Source: Alphaproteobacteria bacterium (GTDB taxonomy: Bacteria > Pseudomonadota > Alphaproteobacteria > CALKHQ01). From it: 64,000 nt of DNA. Where the stretch lies: assembly GCA_965227515.1 (NCBI GenBank), contig CBDDFZ010000001.1, positions 2,304,001-2,368,000 on the forward strand, in the 5' to 3' direction. The translations under genes were made by a program, and so were the position numbers. The notes beneath the pieces were generated by a model. It saw only the letters and a program-made list of their open reading frames with translations, was not told the origin of the DNA and did no database searches. The stretch's first letter is position 1. The number at the start of each line of letters is the position of its first letter. Shown here piece after piece: positions 38,172 to 49,135 of this stretch.

Positions 38172-39322
38172 CGAACGGGTCCGCAATTCGCATCGTGCTC
38201 GCGGCGGGCGGTACCGGCGGCCACATCTATCCGGCGCGCGCGCTGGCCGAGGTGCTGCTGGCGCGTGGGTGCGACGTCACCCTGATCACCGACCATCGCG
38301 GCGGCGCGTTCGACGACGCGCTGCCGGCGGTCACGGTGCATCGCATCCAGGCCGGCGCGCCCAGCGGTCGCGGCTTCTGGGGCAAGCTCGACGGGGTCGG
38401 GCGCATCCTCGCCGGGCTGCGTCAGGCGCGCAAACTGCTGGCCCGGATCAGGCCGGCGGCGGTGGTCGGATTCGGCAGCTACGCGTCGATCCCGACAATG
38501 ATCGCAGCACGGCAGAAAGGATTCGACTCGCTCTTACACGAGCAGAACGCAGTCTTGGGTCGGGCGAATCGAATGCTCGCGCGCCGAGTCGGTCATATAG
38601 CGACCGGATTCCCCAATATTCGCGGTTTACCGGCTGGCGTTTCCGCTAAGCTGTCAAGAACTGGTAACCCGATTCGACCGGAGATTGGTGCATTGGCAGG
38701 TCGGCCCTATCAGGCCCCCGCGCAAGGCGAGACGCTGAGCCTGTTGGTTCTGGGCGGCAGCCAGGGTGCGCGCGCGCTGAGCCAATTGGTGCCGGCCGCC
38801 ATCGCTGCCCTGCCGGCCGAATTGCAGGCGCGGCTCGACATCAGCCAGCAGGCCCGGCCGGAGGATCTGGACGAGACCCGCGCCGCCTATGCCGATTGCC
38901 CGGCCAAGGTCGAGGTGTCGTCGTTCTTCACCGACGTGCCCGAGCGGATGGGCCGTGCGCACCTCGCCGTGTGCCGGGCCGGCGCCTCGACGGTCTCCGA
39001 GCTGACCGCGGCCGGTGTGCCGGCGATCCTGGTGCCGTATCCTTATGCCACTGACGACCACCAGTTCGTCAACGCCAGCCAGGTTGCCGATGCCGGCGGC
39101 GCCTGGGTGATGCGCGAGGAAGACCTGGACGCCGGCAAGCTGGCCGACCGGATCGGCGCGCTCGCCGGCGACCCGGACGCGCTGACGGCGGCGGCCAAGG
39201 CGGCCTCGGATTTTGGCATGCCCGATGCGGCCGAGCGGCTGGCCGACCTGGTGATGGGTGTGGCCACCGGCAAGGGCGCGCCGGCCGATATCGCGGACGC
39301 AAGCGTGGGAGCGGCGGCATGA
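38168..39322 (+). CDS. murG: Lipid II GlcNAc transferase
   Basis: [31 protein letters not shown]. Confidence 0.96.
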   Translation: MTNGSAIRIVLAAGGTGGHIYPARALAEVLLARGCDVTLITDHRGGAFDDALPAVTVHRIQAGAPSGRGFWGKLDGVGRILAGLRQARKLLARIRPAAVVGFGSYASIPTMIAARQKGFDSLLHEQNAVLGRANRMLARRVGHIATGFPNIRGLPAGVSAKLSRTGNPIRPEIGALAGRPYQAPAQGETLSLLVLGGSQGARALSQLVPAAIAALPAELQARLDISQQARPEDLDETRAAYADCPAKVEVSSFFTDVPERMGRAHLAVCRAGASTVSELTAAGVPAILVPYPYATDDHQFVNASQVADAGGAWVMREEDLDAGKLADRIGALAGDPDALTAAAKAASDFGMPDAAERLADLVMGVATGKGAPADIADASVGAAA

Positions 39323-40767
39323 GCAGCCTCCCCCTCGATGTTGGCGTCATCCACTTCGTCGGTATCGGCGGCATCGGCATGAGCGGCATCGCCGAGGTGC
39401 TGCGCAATCTCGGCCACCGGGTACAGGGCAGCGATGTGTCGGAGAACGCCAATGTGCGCCGGCTGCGCGCATCGGGCATCGACGTCGCCATCGGCCATGA
39501 CGGCGCCAATCTGGGCGAGGCCGGCGTGGTCGTCGTTTCCTCCGCGATCAAGGACGGCAACCCGGAAGTCGAGGCCGCGCGGGCCGCGCGCATCCCCGTG
39601 GTGCCGCGCGCCGAGATGCTGGGCGAGCTGATGCGCCTGAAGTGGTCGATCGCGGTCGGCGGCACACATGGCAAGACCACCACCACGTCCCTGGTGGCGG
39701 CGCTGTTGGATGCCGGCGACATGGACCCGACCGTGATCAATGGCGGCGTCATCAACGCATACGGCACCAATGCCCGGCTCGGCACCGGCGAGTGGATGGT
39801 GGTGGAGGCCGATGAGTCCGACGGCAGCTTCGTCAAGCTGCCGGCCACCATCGCCATCGTCACCAACATCGACCCGGAGCACTTGGACTACTACGAGAGC
39901 TTCGACGACGTGCGCGACGCGTTCGAGGCGTTCGTCACCAACATCCCGTTCTATGGGCTGGCGGTGATGTGCATCGACCACCCGGAGGTGCAGGCGCTGC
40001 TGCCCCGGCTGACCGACCGCCGCGTGGTGACCTATGGCACCAGCCGGCAGGCGGACGTGCGCGCGGTCAATCTGCGCTCCGAGGCGGCCGGCACCGTGTT
40101 CGATGTCGAGATTAGCGCGCATGCCGGCGGCGGTGACGAGCCCAGCACGGTGCGCGACCTCAGCCTGCCGATGCCCGGCAACCACAATGTGCTGAACGCG
40201 TGCGCGGCGATTGCCTCGGCGCTGGATGTCGGCGTGTCGGTGGACCAGATCCGCAGCGGGCTCGCCTCGTTCGGTGGCGTGAAGCGCCGCTTCACCCACA
40301 CCGGCACCGTCGCCGGCATCACCGTCATCGACGACTACGGCCACCACCCGGTGGAGATCACCGCTGTGCTGCGCGCCGCGCGCCAGGCTGCCGAGGGGCG
40401 GGTGATCGCCGTGGTCCAGCCGCACCGCTACAGCCGGCTGCACGCCCTGTTCGACGATTTCTGCACCTGCTTCAACGACGCCGACACCGTGCTGGTGGCC
40501 GATGTCTATCCGGCCGGCGAACGGCCCATCGAGGGCGTGCACAGCCGCTCGCTGGTCGAGGGGCTGCGCGCCTTTGGCCACAAGGATGCCCATGTGCTCG
40601 ACGGCCCGGCCGCGCTGGCGGCCCGTATCGCCGAACTCGCCACGGCAGGCGACATGGTGGTGTGCCTGGGTGCCGGCGACATCACCGCCTGGGCGAATGC
40701 GCTGCCCGGCCAGTTGGAGGTGCTGCTCGATAACGGCGGGCGCATCGCCGCCGGGGGCGCCAAGTGA
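39319..40767 (+). CDS. murC: UDP-MurNAc L-Ala ligase
   Basis: [30 protein letters not shown]. Confidence 0.97.
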   Translation: MSSLPLDVGVIHFVGIGGIGMSGIAEVLRNLGHRVQGSDVSENANVRRLRASGIDVAIGHDGANLGEAGVVVVSSAIKDGNPEVEAARAARIPVVPRAEMLGELMRLKWSIAVGGTHGKTTTTSLVAALLDAGDMDPTVINGGVINAYGTNARLGTGEWMVVEADESDGSFVKLPATIAIVTNIDPEHLDYYESFDDVRDAFEAFVTNIPFYGLAVMCIDHPEVQALLPRLTDRRVVTYGTSRQADVRAVNLRSEAAGTVFDVEISAHAGGGDEPSTVRDLSLPMPGNHNVLNACAAIASALDVGVSVDQIRSGLASFGGVKRRFTHTGTVAGITVIDDYGHHPVEITAVLRAARQAAEGRVIAVVQPHRYSRLHALFDDFCTCFNDADTVLVADVYPAGERPIEGVHSRSLVEGLRAFGHKDAHVLDGPAALAARIAELATAGDMVVCLGAGDITAWANALPGQLEVLLDNGGRIAAGGAK

Positions 40768-41714
40768 TGGGCCTGGCGATGAGCGACGAGGGCTGCATGT
40801 CATCACGCGGGCTGATCGACCGGCTGCCGCCGCTGCGTGGGCGCTTGACGCCGAACGCGGACCTGCGGAAGATGACATGGTTCCGCGTTGGCGGCCCGGC
40901 GGAGGTGCTGTTCCGCCCCGCCGATACCGAGGACCTGGCAACGCTGCTGCGCAGCGGCGTGCCGGTCACGGTTCTGGGCGTTGCCTCCAACGTGCTGATC
41001 CGCGACGGCGGCATTCCGGGCGTCGTGGTGCGCCTGGTGCGCGCGCTCGCCGACATTCGGGTCGAGGGTGCCGACATCGTGGCCGGTGCGGGCGCGCTCG
41101 ACAGCAATGTCGCGAAGCTGGCGGCCACCGCCGGCATCTCCGGGCTTGAGTTCCTGATCGGCGTGCCGGGCTCCATCGGCGGCGCCTTGCGCATGAACGC
41201 CGGCGCCTATGGCCGCGAACTGGCCGACGTGCTGGTGGAGGCCCACGCGCTGGACCGCCAGGGCCGGATGCACCGCCTGACGCCCGACGACATGGGGCTG
41301 AGCTATCGCCACTCGTCGGTGCCGTCGGACTGGATTTTCACCGGCGCGCGGCTGCGCGGCACGCCCGGGGGCGACCCGGCGGAGATCGCCGGCCGGCTGG
41401 CCGAGATCCAGGCCCAGCGAGAGGCGACCCAGCCGATCCGCACCCGCACCGGTGGGTCCACGTTCAAGAATCCGGAAGGCAAGCGGGCGTGGGAGCTGAT
41501 CGACGCAGCCGGTTGCCGCGGCCTCAGCCATGGCGGTGCCCAGGTCTCCGAGAAGCACTGCAACTTCCTGATTAACACTGGCGATGCGACCGCCGCCGAC
41601 ATCGAGGAACTCGGTGAGCTGGTGCGCCAGCGGGTGAAGGACGCCACCGGCGTGACCCTGGAGTGGGAAATCAAGCGCATCGGCGTGCCGATGGATCGGG
41701 AGGGCGACACATGA
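40764..41714 (+). CDS. murB: UDP-N-acetylenolpyruvoylglucosamine reductase
   Basis: [28 protein letters not shown]; start could be 40764, 40779 or 40797. Confidence 0.95.
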   Translation: MMGLAMSDEGCMSSRGLIDRLPPLRGRLTPNADLRKMTWFRVGGPAEVLFRPADTEDLATLLRSGVPVTVLGVASNVLIRDGGIPGVVVRLVRALADIRVEGADIVAGAGALDSNVAKLAATAGISGLEFLIGVPGSIGGALRMNAGAYGRELADVLVEAHALDRQGRMHRLTPDDMGLSYRHSSVPSDWIFTGARLRGTPGGDPAEIAGRLAEIQAQREATQPIRTRTGGSTFKNPEGKRAWELIDAAGCRGLSHGGAQVSEKHCNFLINTGDATAADIEELGELVRQRVKDATGVTLEWEIKRIGVPMDREGDT

Positions 41715-42688
41715 CGAAGCGCGTCGCCGTCCTGATGGGCGGCATCTCCGCCGAGCGCGAGGTGTCGCTGTCCAGCGGCAATGGCTGCCTGCACGCGCTG
41801 ATCGAGGCCGGCTACGACGCCTATCGCGTCGAGGTCACCGAGGATCTGGCGGCCCTGGTGGCGGCGCTGACGCCCGCGCCGGATGTCGTGTTCAACATGC
41901 TGCACGGCCGCTTCGGTGAGGATGGCGCGATCCAGGGCGTGCTCGAGCTGTTGGGCATTCCCTACACCGGCTCCGGCGTGCTGGCGTCGGCGCTGGGCAT
42001 GGACAAGCGCATCTCCCGCGCGGTGTTCGAGGCGGCGGGCCTACCGATGCCGGAGGCGATGCTGTTCCGCTGCGACGATGCACCCGAAGGCGATCCGATG
42101 CCGCGCCCGTTCGTGGTCAAGCCGACCAACGAGGGCTCGTCGGTCGGCGTGCGGGTGATCTTCGAGGGCGACAATGTCGCGGCGTTCGATGCCGAGACCT
42201 GGGCGTTCGGCGACACCGTCTATGTCGAGCGCTTCATTCCCGGCAAGGAAATCCAGGTCGCCACCATCGGCTACGACACCGGGACCGAGGCCATCGGCGC
42301 GATCGAGATCCGCACCAAGCGGCGCTTCTACGACTACATCGCCAAGTACACGCCCGGCGAATCCCAGCACATCATGCCGGCGCCGATCCACCAGGACGCC
42401 TATCGCGAGGCGCTGGAGCTTTCGGTGCGTGCGCACCGCGCGCTTGGTTGTCGCGGGGTCGCGCGGGTCGACCTGCGCTACGACGACACCGAGGGCGAGC
42501 CGGGCAAGTTCTATCTGCTGGAGGTGAACAGCCAGCCCGGCATGACGCCGACGTCGCTGGTGCCGGAGATCGCCGCCCATCACGGCATGAGCTATGCCGC
42601 CCTGGTCAGCCGCATGGTCGAGCTGGCGGCGTGCGACAACGCGGCCGAGCTGCGCTGCCCGGTGAAGTCGACGGAGACCGCGGCATGA
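41711..42688 (+). CDS. ddl: D-alanine--D-alanine ligase
   Basis: [36 protein letters not shown]. Confidence 0.96.
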   Translation: MTKRVAVLMGGISAEREVSLSSGNGCLHALIEAGYDAYRVEVTEDLAALVAALTPAPDVVFNMLHGRFGEDGAIQGVLELLGIPYTGSGVLASALGMDKRISRAVFEAAGLPMPEAMLFRCDDAPEGDPMPRPFVVKPTNEGSSVGVRVIFEGDNVAAFDAETWAFGDTVYVERFIPGKEIQVATIGYDTGTEAIGAIEIRTKRRFYDYIAKYTPGESQHIMPAPIHQDAYREALELSVRAHRALGCRGVARVDLRYDDTEGEPGKFYLLEVNSQPGMTPTSLVPEIAAHHGMSYAALVSRMVELAACDNAAELRCPVKSTETAA

Positions 42689-43620
42689 ACACGCTTCGTG
42701 TCACCGAACGCGCCGACCCGTCGCTGGACGCGCCCGACCGCATTCTGCCGGCCGAGTTGTGGGACAATGTCCGCCCGGCCCAGAGCAGCAACGCCCTGCT
42801 CGCGATGCTGGCCGGCCATCACCGGCTCAGCCGCAAGGTCGAGGCCTACACGCGGTTCGGCGTGTTTGGCCTGCTTGCCGTGATCACGCTCGCCAGCATC
42901 GCCTACATCGTGCACTTCGATGTGCTTGGCCGGTTCCAGCGCCAGATGGCCGAGGTCGGCAACCGGGTCGGCGATCACGCCGGGCTCGATGTCGCCGAGG
43001 TCTTCATCAGCGGCCGCACCTACACCGATGCCGCGGCCTTGCGCGCCGCCGCCAATATCATGCGCGGCGACCCGATCCTGGACGTGGACCTGGATGCCGT
43101 GCGCAGCCGTGTCGAGCGCTTGAGCTGGGTGAAGACCGCCGAGGTCGAGCGCCAGCTGCCCGATGTGATCCGCATCCACATCGTCGAGCGCACGCCGTTC
43201 GCGCTGTGGCAGCGCAATCGCCGGCTGAGCCTGGTCGACGACGAGGGCGTGGTGCTGGCGTCGACCAACAACGGCCAGTTCACCGACCTGCCGGTGGTGA
43301 TCGGCGACGAGGCGCCACGCGCCGCCGCCTCCCTGTTCGCGGTGCTGGCCAGCGAGCCGGACCTGTCGGCCAGGGTCGAGGCCGCGCAGCTGCTGAACGG
43401 CCGGCGCTGGAACCTCTATCTCGACAACGGCATCGAAGTGCGGCTGCCTGCCGACGCGCCCGAAGGCGCCTGGATCCGCCTGGGCACCCTGGAGCGCGAC
43501 CACCAGATCCTGGCCCGCGACATCGTTGCCATCGACCTGCGCCTGGACGACCGGCTGGTGGTCGAACTGCCCGACACCGCACTGCGCCCGGCCGGCGTGG
43601 TCGCGCAAAGTGACATCTGA
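42685..43620 (+). CDS. ftsQ: Cell division protein FtsQ
   Basis: TM plus POTRA (WVKTAEVERQLP), IDLRL; position before ftsA. Confidence 0.92.
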   Translation: MNTLRVTERADPSLDAPDRILPAELWDNVRPAQSSNALLAMLAGHHRLSRKVEAYTRFGVFGLLAVITLASIAYIVHFDVLGRFQRQMAEVGNRVGDHAGLDVAEVFISGRTYTDAAALRAAANIMRGDPILDVDLDAVRSRVERLSWVKTAEVERQLPDVIRIHIVERTPFALWQRNRRLSLVDDEGVVLASTNNGQFTDLPVVIGDEAPRAAASLFAVLASEPDLSARVEAAQLLNGRRWNLYLDNGIEVRLPADAPEGAWIRLGTLERDHQILARDIVAIDLRLDDRLVVELPDTALRPAGVVAQSDI

Positions 43621-43640
43621 GCCATGAGGAACGACACACC

Positions 43641-44876
43641 ATGCGCGATGGATTGATCGCCGCACTCGACATTGGCTCCAGCAAGGTCTGTTGCCTGATC
43701 GCCGTCGCCGAGAACGACGCGCCGCCGCGCGTCATCGGCATCGGCCACCAGGTCTCCAATGGCGTGCGCAACGGCATGATCATTGACATGGACGCCGCGA
43801 CCCAGGCGGTCGTCGGCGCGGTCCATGCCGCCGAGCAGATGGCCGGCGAGACGGTGGACTCCGTCGTCGTCGCGCTGACCGGAGCACCGCCGGTGTCCTC
43901 GGTGGTGGAGGCCGAGGCGGCCATCGCCGGCGAGCAGATCACCGACCACGACGTGCGCCACGTGCTGGCGCAGGGCCGGGGGATGGCGGCGCAGGACGAG
44001 CACACGCTGTTGCACGCGATCCCGCTGACCTACGGGATCGACGGCCAGTTCGGCATCCGCGACCCGCGCGGCATGTTCGCCGGCAGCTTGTCGGTGCAGA
44101 TGCACCTGGTCAGTGCCGCGATGCCGGCCGTGCGCACCCTGCAGACCTGCGTGCGCCGCGCCCATCTGGGCATCGACAGCCCGGTCGCCGCCGGCTATGC
44201 GGCCGGCCTCGCCTGCCTGGTGGAGGACGAGCGCGACCTTGGCGTGACGGTGCTGGACATGGGCGCCGGGCGCACCTCGATCGGCGTGTTCTTCGATGGC
44301 GCCCTGGTGTTCGCCGATACCGTGCCGGTCGGTGGCGGGCACGTGACCAACGATATCGCGCGCGGGCTGTCGACGCCGCTGTCGCAAGCGGAGCGGATGA
44401 AGACGCTCTACGCCTCGGCCCTGCCGGCGCCCGCCGACGCGCAGGAAGTGATCGACGTGCCCCAGGTCGGCGAGAACGGCCGCCGCGACGCCCAGCAGGT
44501 GCCGCGCTCGATCCTGTCGACCATCGTCCAGCCCCGGCTGGAGGAAACCTTCGAGCTGGTCCGCGACCGGCTGGAGCAGAACGGGCTCGCCAAGTCGGCC
44601 GGCCGCCGTGTCGTGCTGACCGGCGGCGCCAGCCAGCTTCAGGGCGTGCGCGAGCTCGCCGGCCTGATCCTCGACCGCCAGGTCCGCATCGGCCAGCCGA
44701 TCGGCATCGCCGGTCTGGCGGAATCGACCGGCGGCCCGGCGTTCGCGCAGTGCGCGGGCCTGGTGCTCTACGCCGTGCGGGCCAGCCGCGAGCCCTCGCT
44801 GCAGGTCGTGACCAAGCCGAAGCCCGCCGGGCTGCTCGGCCGGGTCGGCCACTGGGTGAAGGAGAGTTTCTCGTGA
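43641..44876 (+). CDS. ftsA: Cell division protein FtsA
   Basis: LDIGSSK, DMGAG, LTGGAS, C-terminal amphipathic WVKESF. Confidence 0.96.
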   Translation: MRDGLIAALDIGSSKVCCLIAVAENDAPPRVIGIGHQVSNGVRNGMIIDMDAATQAVVGAVHAAEQMAGETVDSVVVALTGAPPVSSVVEAEAAIAGEQITDHDVRHVLAQGRGMAAQDEHTLLHAIPLTYGIDGQFGIRDPRGMFAGSLSVQMHLVSAAMPAVRTLQTCVRRAHLGIDSPVAAGYAAGLACLVEDERDLGVTVLDMGAGRTSIGVFFDGALVFADTVPVGGGHVTNDIARGLSTPLSQAERMKTLYASALPAPADAQEVIDVPQVGENGRRDAQQVPRSILSTIVQPRLEETFELVRDRLEQNGLAKSAGRRVVLTGGASQLQGVRELAGLILDRQVRIGQPIGIAGLAESTGGPAFAQCAGLVLYAVRASREPSLQVVTKPKPAGLLGRVGHWVKESFS

Positions 44877-45000
44877 ACCGCGCCCGCACCGTTCGCATCC
44901 ATACGACCGACTGGCTTGTCGCTCGCCAGCCGGCCACCCAACCCGAGCGGCAGAGCCAGAACAACACAATAGAAATCGGCACAGAAAATCGGAGCATGCC

Positions 45001-46776
45001 ATGACGCTTAACCTGAGCATCGAACAGTCACAGCCCGAACTACGGCCGCATATCCTGGTCATCGGCGTCGGTGGCGCCGGCTGCAACGCGGTGAACAACA
45101 TGATCCGCTCCGAACTCGGCGGGGTGGACTTCATGGTCTGCAACACCGACGCGCAGTCACTGGCCAGCACGCTCTGCGACACCGCCATCCAGATCGGGCC
45201 GAACATCACCCAGGGCCTGGGCGCGGGCGCGCAGCCGGAGATCGGCCGCGCGGCGGCGGAAGAGGACCTGGACACCATCCTGTCGCACCTGTCGGAAACC
45301 CACATGGTGTTCATCACCGCCGGCATGGGCGGCGGCACCGGCACCGGGGCGGCGCCGGTTCTGGCCCGCGCCATCCGTGAGCGCGGCATCCTGACCGTCG
45401 GCGTGGTGACCAAGCCGTTCCATTTCGAGGGGCAGCAGCGCATGCGGCTGGCCGAGCAGGGCATCGAGGAGCTGCAGCACTACGTCGACACCCTGATCGT
45501 GATCCCGAACCAGAACCTGTTCCGGGTCGCCAACGAGAAGACCACGTTCGCCGATGCCTTCAACATGGCCGACGAGGTGCTGCACTGCGGCGTGCGCGGC
45601 GTGACCGACCTGATGGTGATGCCGGGCCTGATCAACCTGGACTTCGCCGACATCCGCACCGTGATGGGCGAGATGGGCAAGGCGATGATGGGCACCGGCG
45701 AGGCCGACGGCGAGAAGCGCGCGGTGGACGCGGCCGAGGCGGCGATCTCCAACCCGCTGCTCGACGACGTGTCGATGAAGGGCGCGCGCGGCGTGCTGAT
45801 CAACATCTCCGGCGGCGGCGACATGACCCTCTACGAGGTCGACGAGGCGTGTAATCGCATCCGCGAGGAAGTGGATCCCGACGCCAACATCATCTTTGGC
45901 GCCACCTTCGACGACACCCTGCAGGGCCGCATGCGGGTTTCCGTCGTCTCCACCGGCATCGACGCGGCGGACAATGTGATGCCGCAGCCGCGTGTGCTGA
46001 GCCTGGCGACCCAGAACGGTCGGCCGGTGCCCGGCGAGGAGATCGACGACAGCGCGGACGAGCCGGAGGAGGTCGCGACCACGGCGGAGGACGATTTCGC
46101 CGCCGATATCGCATCGGCGCTCGATAACGCGCTTGGCCAGTCGGGCGGTGCCGCGCCGTCTCCTGCGGCGGCGCCCGCCATGGGCCGCGCGGCCACGATG
46201 GCGGCGCCCGCTGCCGCCCCGGCCACCGCGCCAGGCAACACACGGGTGCCGTTGCGTGCGTCGGCTCCCGGCGGCATGGCGCCCCACGGCATGGCACCCA
46301 CCTCTGGCCGTCCGATGACGACGGCACCGATCTCCACTGCGGCCACGGCGGAAGTGCTGCCGGAGCCGGAGATGCAGCCGGAACTGGCGGCCAAGGGCGC
46401 GGAAGATGCGTTCATCGCGCCGCGCCCGGCCGAGCCGGCCACCCGCCGGCCGGCGATGGCGGCACCGGCTCCTGCCGATGCCGGCGACAAGGCGAAGGCG
46501 AAGAGCCGCGGCCCCAGCCTGTTCGAGCGGATGACCGGGACCGGTCGCGCCCGTGGCGGCAACGAGGCGGCCGAGGATCAGGCGCCCGCCGCGGCACAGC
46601 CCGCGCCGCAGCCGGCCCCGCAGGAACCCCGGATGGCGGCACCGCGTCCGGCGGCCCCGGCGCCCGCTCCGGCCCCGGCACCGGCCGAGCCGGCGCGTCC
46701 GGCCGGGCAGAATGCGCAAAGTGCGCAGGATGAGTTGCTGGATATCCCGGCGTTCCTGCGCCGTCAGGCCAACTGA
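45001..46776 (+). CDS. ftsZ: Cell division protein FtsZ
   Basis: GGGTGTG tubulin motif, NLDFAD, long Ala/Pro linker, [12 protein letters not shown] tail. Confidence 0.98.
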   Translation: MTLNLSIEQSQPELRPHILVIGVGGAGCNAVNNMIRSELGGVDFMVCNTDAQSLASTLCDTAIQIGPNITQGLGAGAQPEIGRAAAEEDLDTILSHLSETHMVFITAGMGGGTGTGAAPVLARAIRERGILTVGVVTKPFHFEGQQRMRLAEQGIEELQHYVDTLIVIPNQNLFRVANEKTTFADAFNMADEVLHCGVRGVTDLMVMPGLINLDFADIRTVMGEMGKAMMGTGEADGEKRAVDAAEAAISNPLLDDVSMKGARGVLINISGGGDMTLYEVDEACNRIREEVDPDANIIFGATFDDTLQGRMRVSVVSTGIDAADNVMPQPRVLSLATQNGRPVPGEEIDDSADEPEEVATTAEDDFAADIASALDNALGQSGGAAPSPAAAPAMGRAATMAAPAAAPATAPGNTRVPLRASAPGGMAPHGMAPTSGRPMTTAPISTAATAEVLPEPEMQPELAAKGAEDAFIAPRPAEPATRRPAMAAPAPADAGDKAKAKSRGPSLFERMTGTGRARGGNEAAEDQAPAAAQPAPQPAPQEPRMAAPRPAAPAPAPAPAPAEPARPAGQNAQSAQDELLDIPAFLRRQAN

Positions 46777-46820
46777 GCGCCTGCCTGACTGACTGCCGAT
46801 CCGATTTTCTGTTGCCTGTG

Positions 46821-46852
46821 CCCCGGCGGTGCCACCGCCGGGGTCTTTTTTT
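46821..46852 (+). terminator. Rho-independent terminator after ftsZ
   Basis: CCCCGGCGGT/ACCGCCGGGG stem followed by TCTTTTTTT. Confidence 0.85.
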
Positions 46853-46863
46853 GCCCAAGGCGA

Positions 46864-46965
46864 TTTTCGCTGGCGCTGAAGTCGGTACCAGCCCGCGCCC
46901 ACACCCGGCCCCCCAACGATAGTATGCTGTCCGGGCGGCCGGGAGGGGGTGTGGGCCGGCGCCGA
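46864..46965. repeat. About 100-bp hairpin-forming dispersed repeat, copy 2
   Basis: Aligns with 17451-17550. Confidence 0.75.
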
Positions 46966-46981
46966 ACAATCGCAAGGCGGC

Positions 46982-47083
46982 TTAAGAAAAGTGTAATAAT
47001 TTCAAATGGTTGGAGCGTAACAAACGGAAACAATGATTGATTTGGGTGATGGCGGCGGCGCAACTAGGTTAACGGCCGTGTAA
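46982..47083 (+). promoter_or_regulatory. Two CtrA-like TTAA-N7-GTAA sites upstream of lpxC
   Basis: TTAAGAAAAGTGTAA (46982-46996) and TTAACGGCCGTGTAA (47069-47083). Confidence 0.45.
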
Positions 47084-47147
47084 TCCAGCCTGCCTGTGCG
47101 GGCGCGATTGCCGAGTGCCGACAAGGAACGACCGAGGCAAGACGCCA

Positions 47148-48137
47148 ATGCAGACCACCACGCCGTCACGGCTCAGCGCCAGTCACGCCAACGGAGGCAG
47201 CCCTCTGCCCCGGTCCCGTGGCGGTTTCGAGGTTGGCCCGCAGCGCACGCTGAAGAATTCGATCAGTTGCAGTGGCATCACGCTTCACTCCGGCGACAAG
47301 GTCACGATGACCCTGCACCCCGCGCCGGAGGATCATGGCATCGTGTTCCGGCGCACCGATATCGCCGGCCTCGGCCGGTTGATCCCGGCGCAGTGGAACC
47401 TGGTGGTCGAGACCATGCTGTGTTCCACGCTGGGCAATGAGGACAATATCCGGGTTGCCACGGTTGAGCACCTGATGGCCGCTTTGGCCGGTGCCGGCAT
47501 CGACAATGCGCTGATCGAGATCAATGGGCCGGAAGTGCCCATCATGGACGGCAGCGCTGCTCCCTTCGTTTTCCTGATCGAATGCGCCGGCGTCGCCGAG
47601 CAGGCGAAGGCACGGCGTGTGCTGGAAGTGCTGCGCCCGGTGCAGGTGCGCGACGGCCGCAGCTTGGCCCGGCTGACCCCGGCCGCCGAGTGGACCGTCG
47701 AGTGCGAGATCGAGTTCGACTCCAAGGTGATCGGCCGTCAGGTCGGCGCCAGCAGCGTCGAGGCCTGGATGTTCCGGTCCGAGATCGCGCGTGCCCGCAC
47801 CTTCGGCTTCCACCAGGACGTGGTGCAGTTGCTGGAAAGCGGCCTGATCAAGGGCGGGTCCCTGGACAACGCCGTCGTCGTCAGCGGCGACAAGGTGATG
47901 AACGAGGGCGGCCTTCGGTTCGAGGACGAGTTCGTGCGCCACAAGATTCTGGACGCGATCGGCGACCTCTACCTGGCCGGCGGACCGCTGCGTGCCGCCT
48001 ATCGCGGCGTGCGCCCCGGCCACCACATCAACAACCTGCTGCTGCGGGCGTTGATGGCCGATACGTCGGCGTGGCGGTGGACCAGCGAGCCGGCCAATCT
48101 GGACGCGTTGGAGCGCCTGGAGCGTATCGCGGTCTGA
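47148..48137 (+). CDS. lpxC: UDP-3-O-acyl-GlcNAc deacetylase
   Basis: TVEHLMAAL, PIMDGS, ARTFGF, HKILD. Confidence 0.96.
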   Translation: MQTTTPSRLSASHANGGSPLPRSRGGFEVGPQRTLKNSISCSGITLHSGDKVTMTLHPAPEDHGIVFRRTDIAGLGRLIPAQWNLVVETMLCSTLGNEDNIRVATVEHLMAALAGAGIDNALIEINGPEVPIMDGSAAPFVFLIECAGVAEQAKARRVLEVLRPVQVRDGRSLARLTPAAEWTVECEIEFDSKVIGRQVGASSVEAWMFRSEIARARTFGFHQDVVQLLESGLIKGGSLDNAVVVSGDKVMNEGGLRFEDEFVRHKILDAIGDLYLAGGPLRAAYRGVRPGHHINNLLLRALMADTSAWRWTSEPANLDALERLERIAV

Positions 48138-48305
48138 ATTGCCGCCTGCGGTGCCGCGCACACTGTTCAGCGCCGCCCCGGACTGCTATCTATTCCATGC
48201 AAAGATGACGCGTCGCGCCGCGATTGGCGGTGTGGGGACCCTTCGGCCGTTAGCCGGGGCGGCGACGCGACACAGGCAGGCAATCATGTTTCGCAGGTTG
48301 GTGGG

Positions 48306-49112
48306 ATGATACGCACAACACTGGCGGCGCTGCTGGTTCTGGGGCTGGCGGCATGCGAGTCGACCGACGACGACGTCTATGTCGAGCGCCCGGTCGAGGA
48401 TCTCTACAACACCGCGCTCGACAGCATGGCTGTGGGCGAACTGGAAGAAGCCCGCGACGCGTTCGAGGAAGTCGACCGCCAACACCCCTATTCGGTGTGG
48501 GCGACCAAGGCGCAGTTGATGGCGGCGTTCGCCAGCTACCAGCGTGGCGAATATGAGGACGCGGTGGCGGCCCTGGAGCGGTTCATCGAGCTGCATCCGG
48601 GCAATCCCGACACGGCGTATGCGTACTACCTGAAGGCGCTGTCCTATTACGAGCAGATCGTCGACGTCCGCCGTGACCAGCGCATCACCGAGCTGGCGCT
48701 GCAGTCGCTGGACGACGTGGTCACGCGCTATCCCGACACCGATTATGCCCGCGACGCCCAGTTCAAGATCGACCTTGCGCTCGACCACCTGGCCGGCAAG
48801 GAGATGGAGATCGGGCGCTACTACCTACGCCGCGACCACTACACCGCCGCGATCAATCGCTTCCGGGTGGTAGTGCAGGATTTCGGCACCACCAGCCACG
48901 TGCCGGAGGCGCTGCACCGCATCGCCGAGGCATACACGGCACTGGGCCTGGAGGGCGAGGCCGCGCAAGTGGCGGCGGTGCTGGGCCACAACTTCCCGGG
49001 CAGCGTCTGGTACATGGACTCCTACGAGCTGGTCGAAGGCGTCGAGGTCGAGGGCAATGAGGACAAGTACGACGGGCTGACCGGCATCTCCTGGCTCGAC
49101 GACATCTTCTGA
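48306..49112 (+). CDS. bamD: Outer membrane assembly lipoprotein BamD
   Basis: Lipobox LAAC, TPR repeats, HPYS, RDQ, AAINRF. Confidence 0.93.
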   Translation: MIRTTLAALLVLGLAACESTDDDVYVERPVEDLYNTALDSMAVGELEEARDAFEEVDRQHPYSVWATKAQLMAAFASYQRGEYEDAVAALERFIELHPGNPDTAYAYYLKALSYYEQIVDVRRDQRITELALQSLDDVVTRYPDTDYARDAQFKIDLALDHLAGKEMEIGRYYLRRDHYTAAINRFRVVVQDFGTTSHVPEALHRIAEAYTALGLEGEAAQVAAVLGHNFPGSVWYMDSYELVEGVEVEGNEDKYDGLTGISWLDDIF

Positions 49113-49135
49113 TCCTCATCCTGAAAAGGCTGTAG

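Noticed and set aside
45960-46730. Very long Ala/Pro-rich FtsZ linker
   Set aside because: Long C-terminal linkers are normal for alphaproteobacterial FtsZ.
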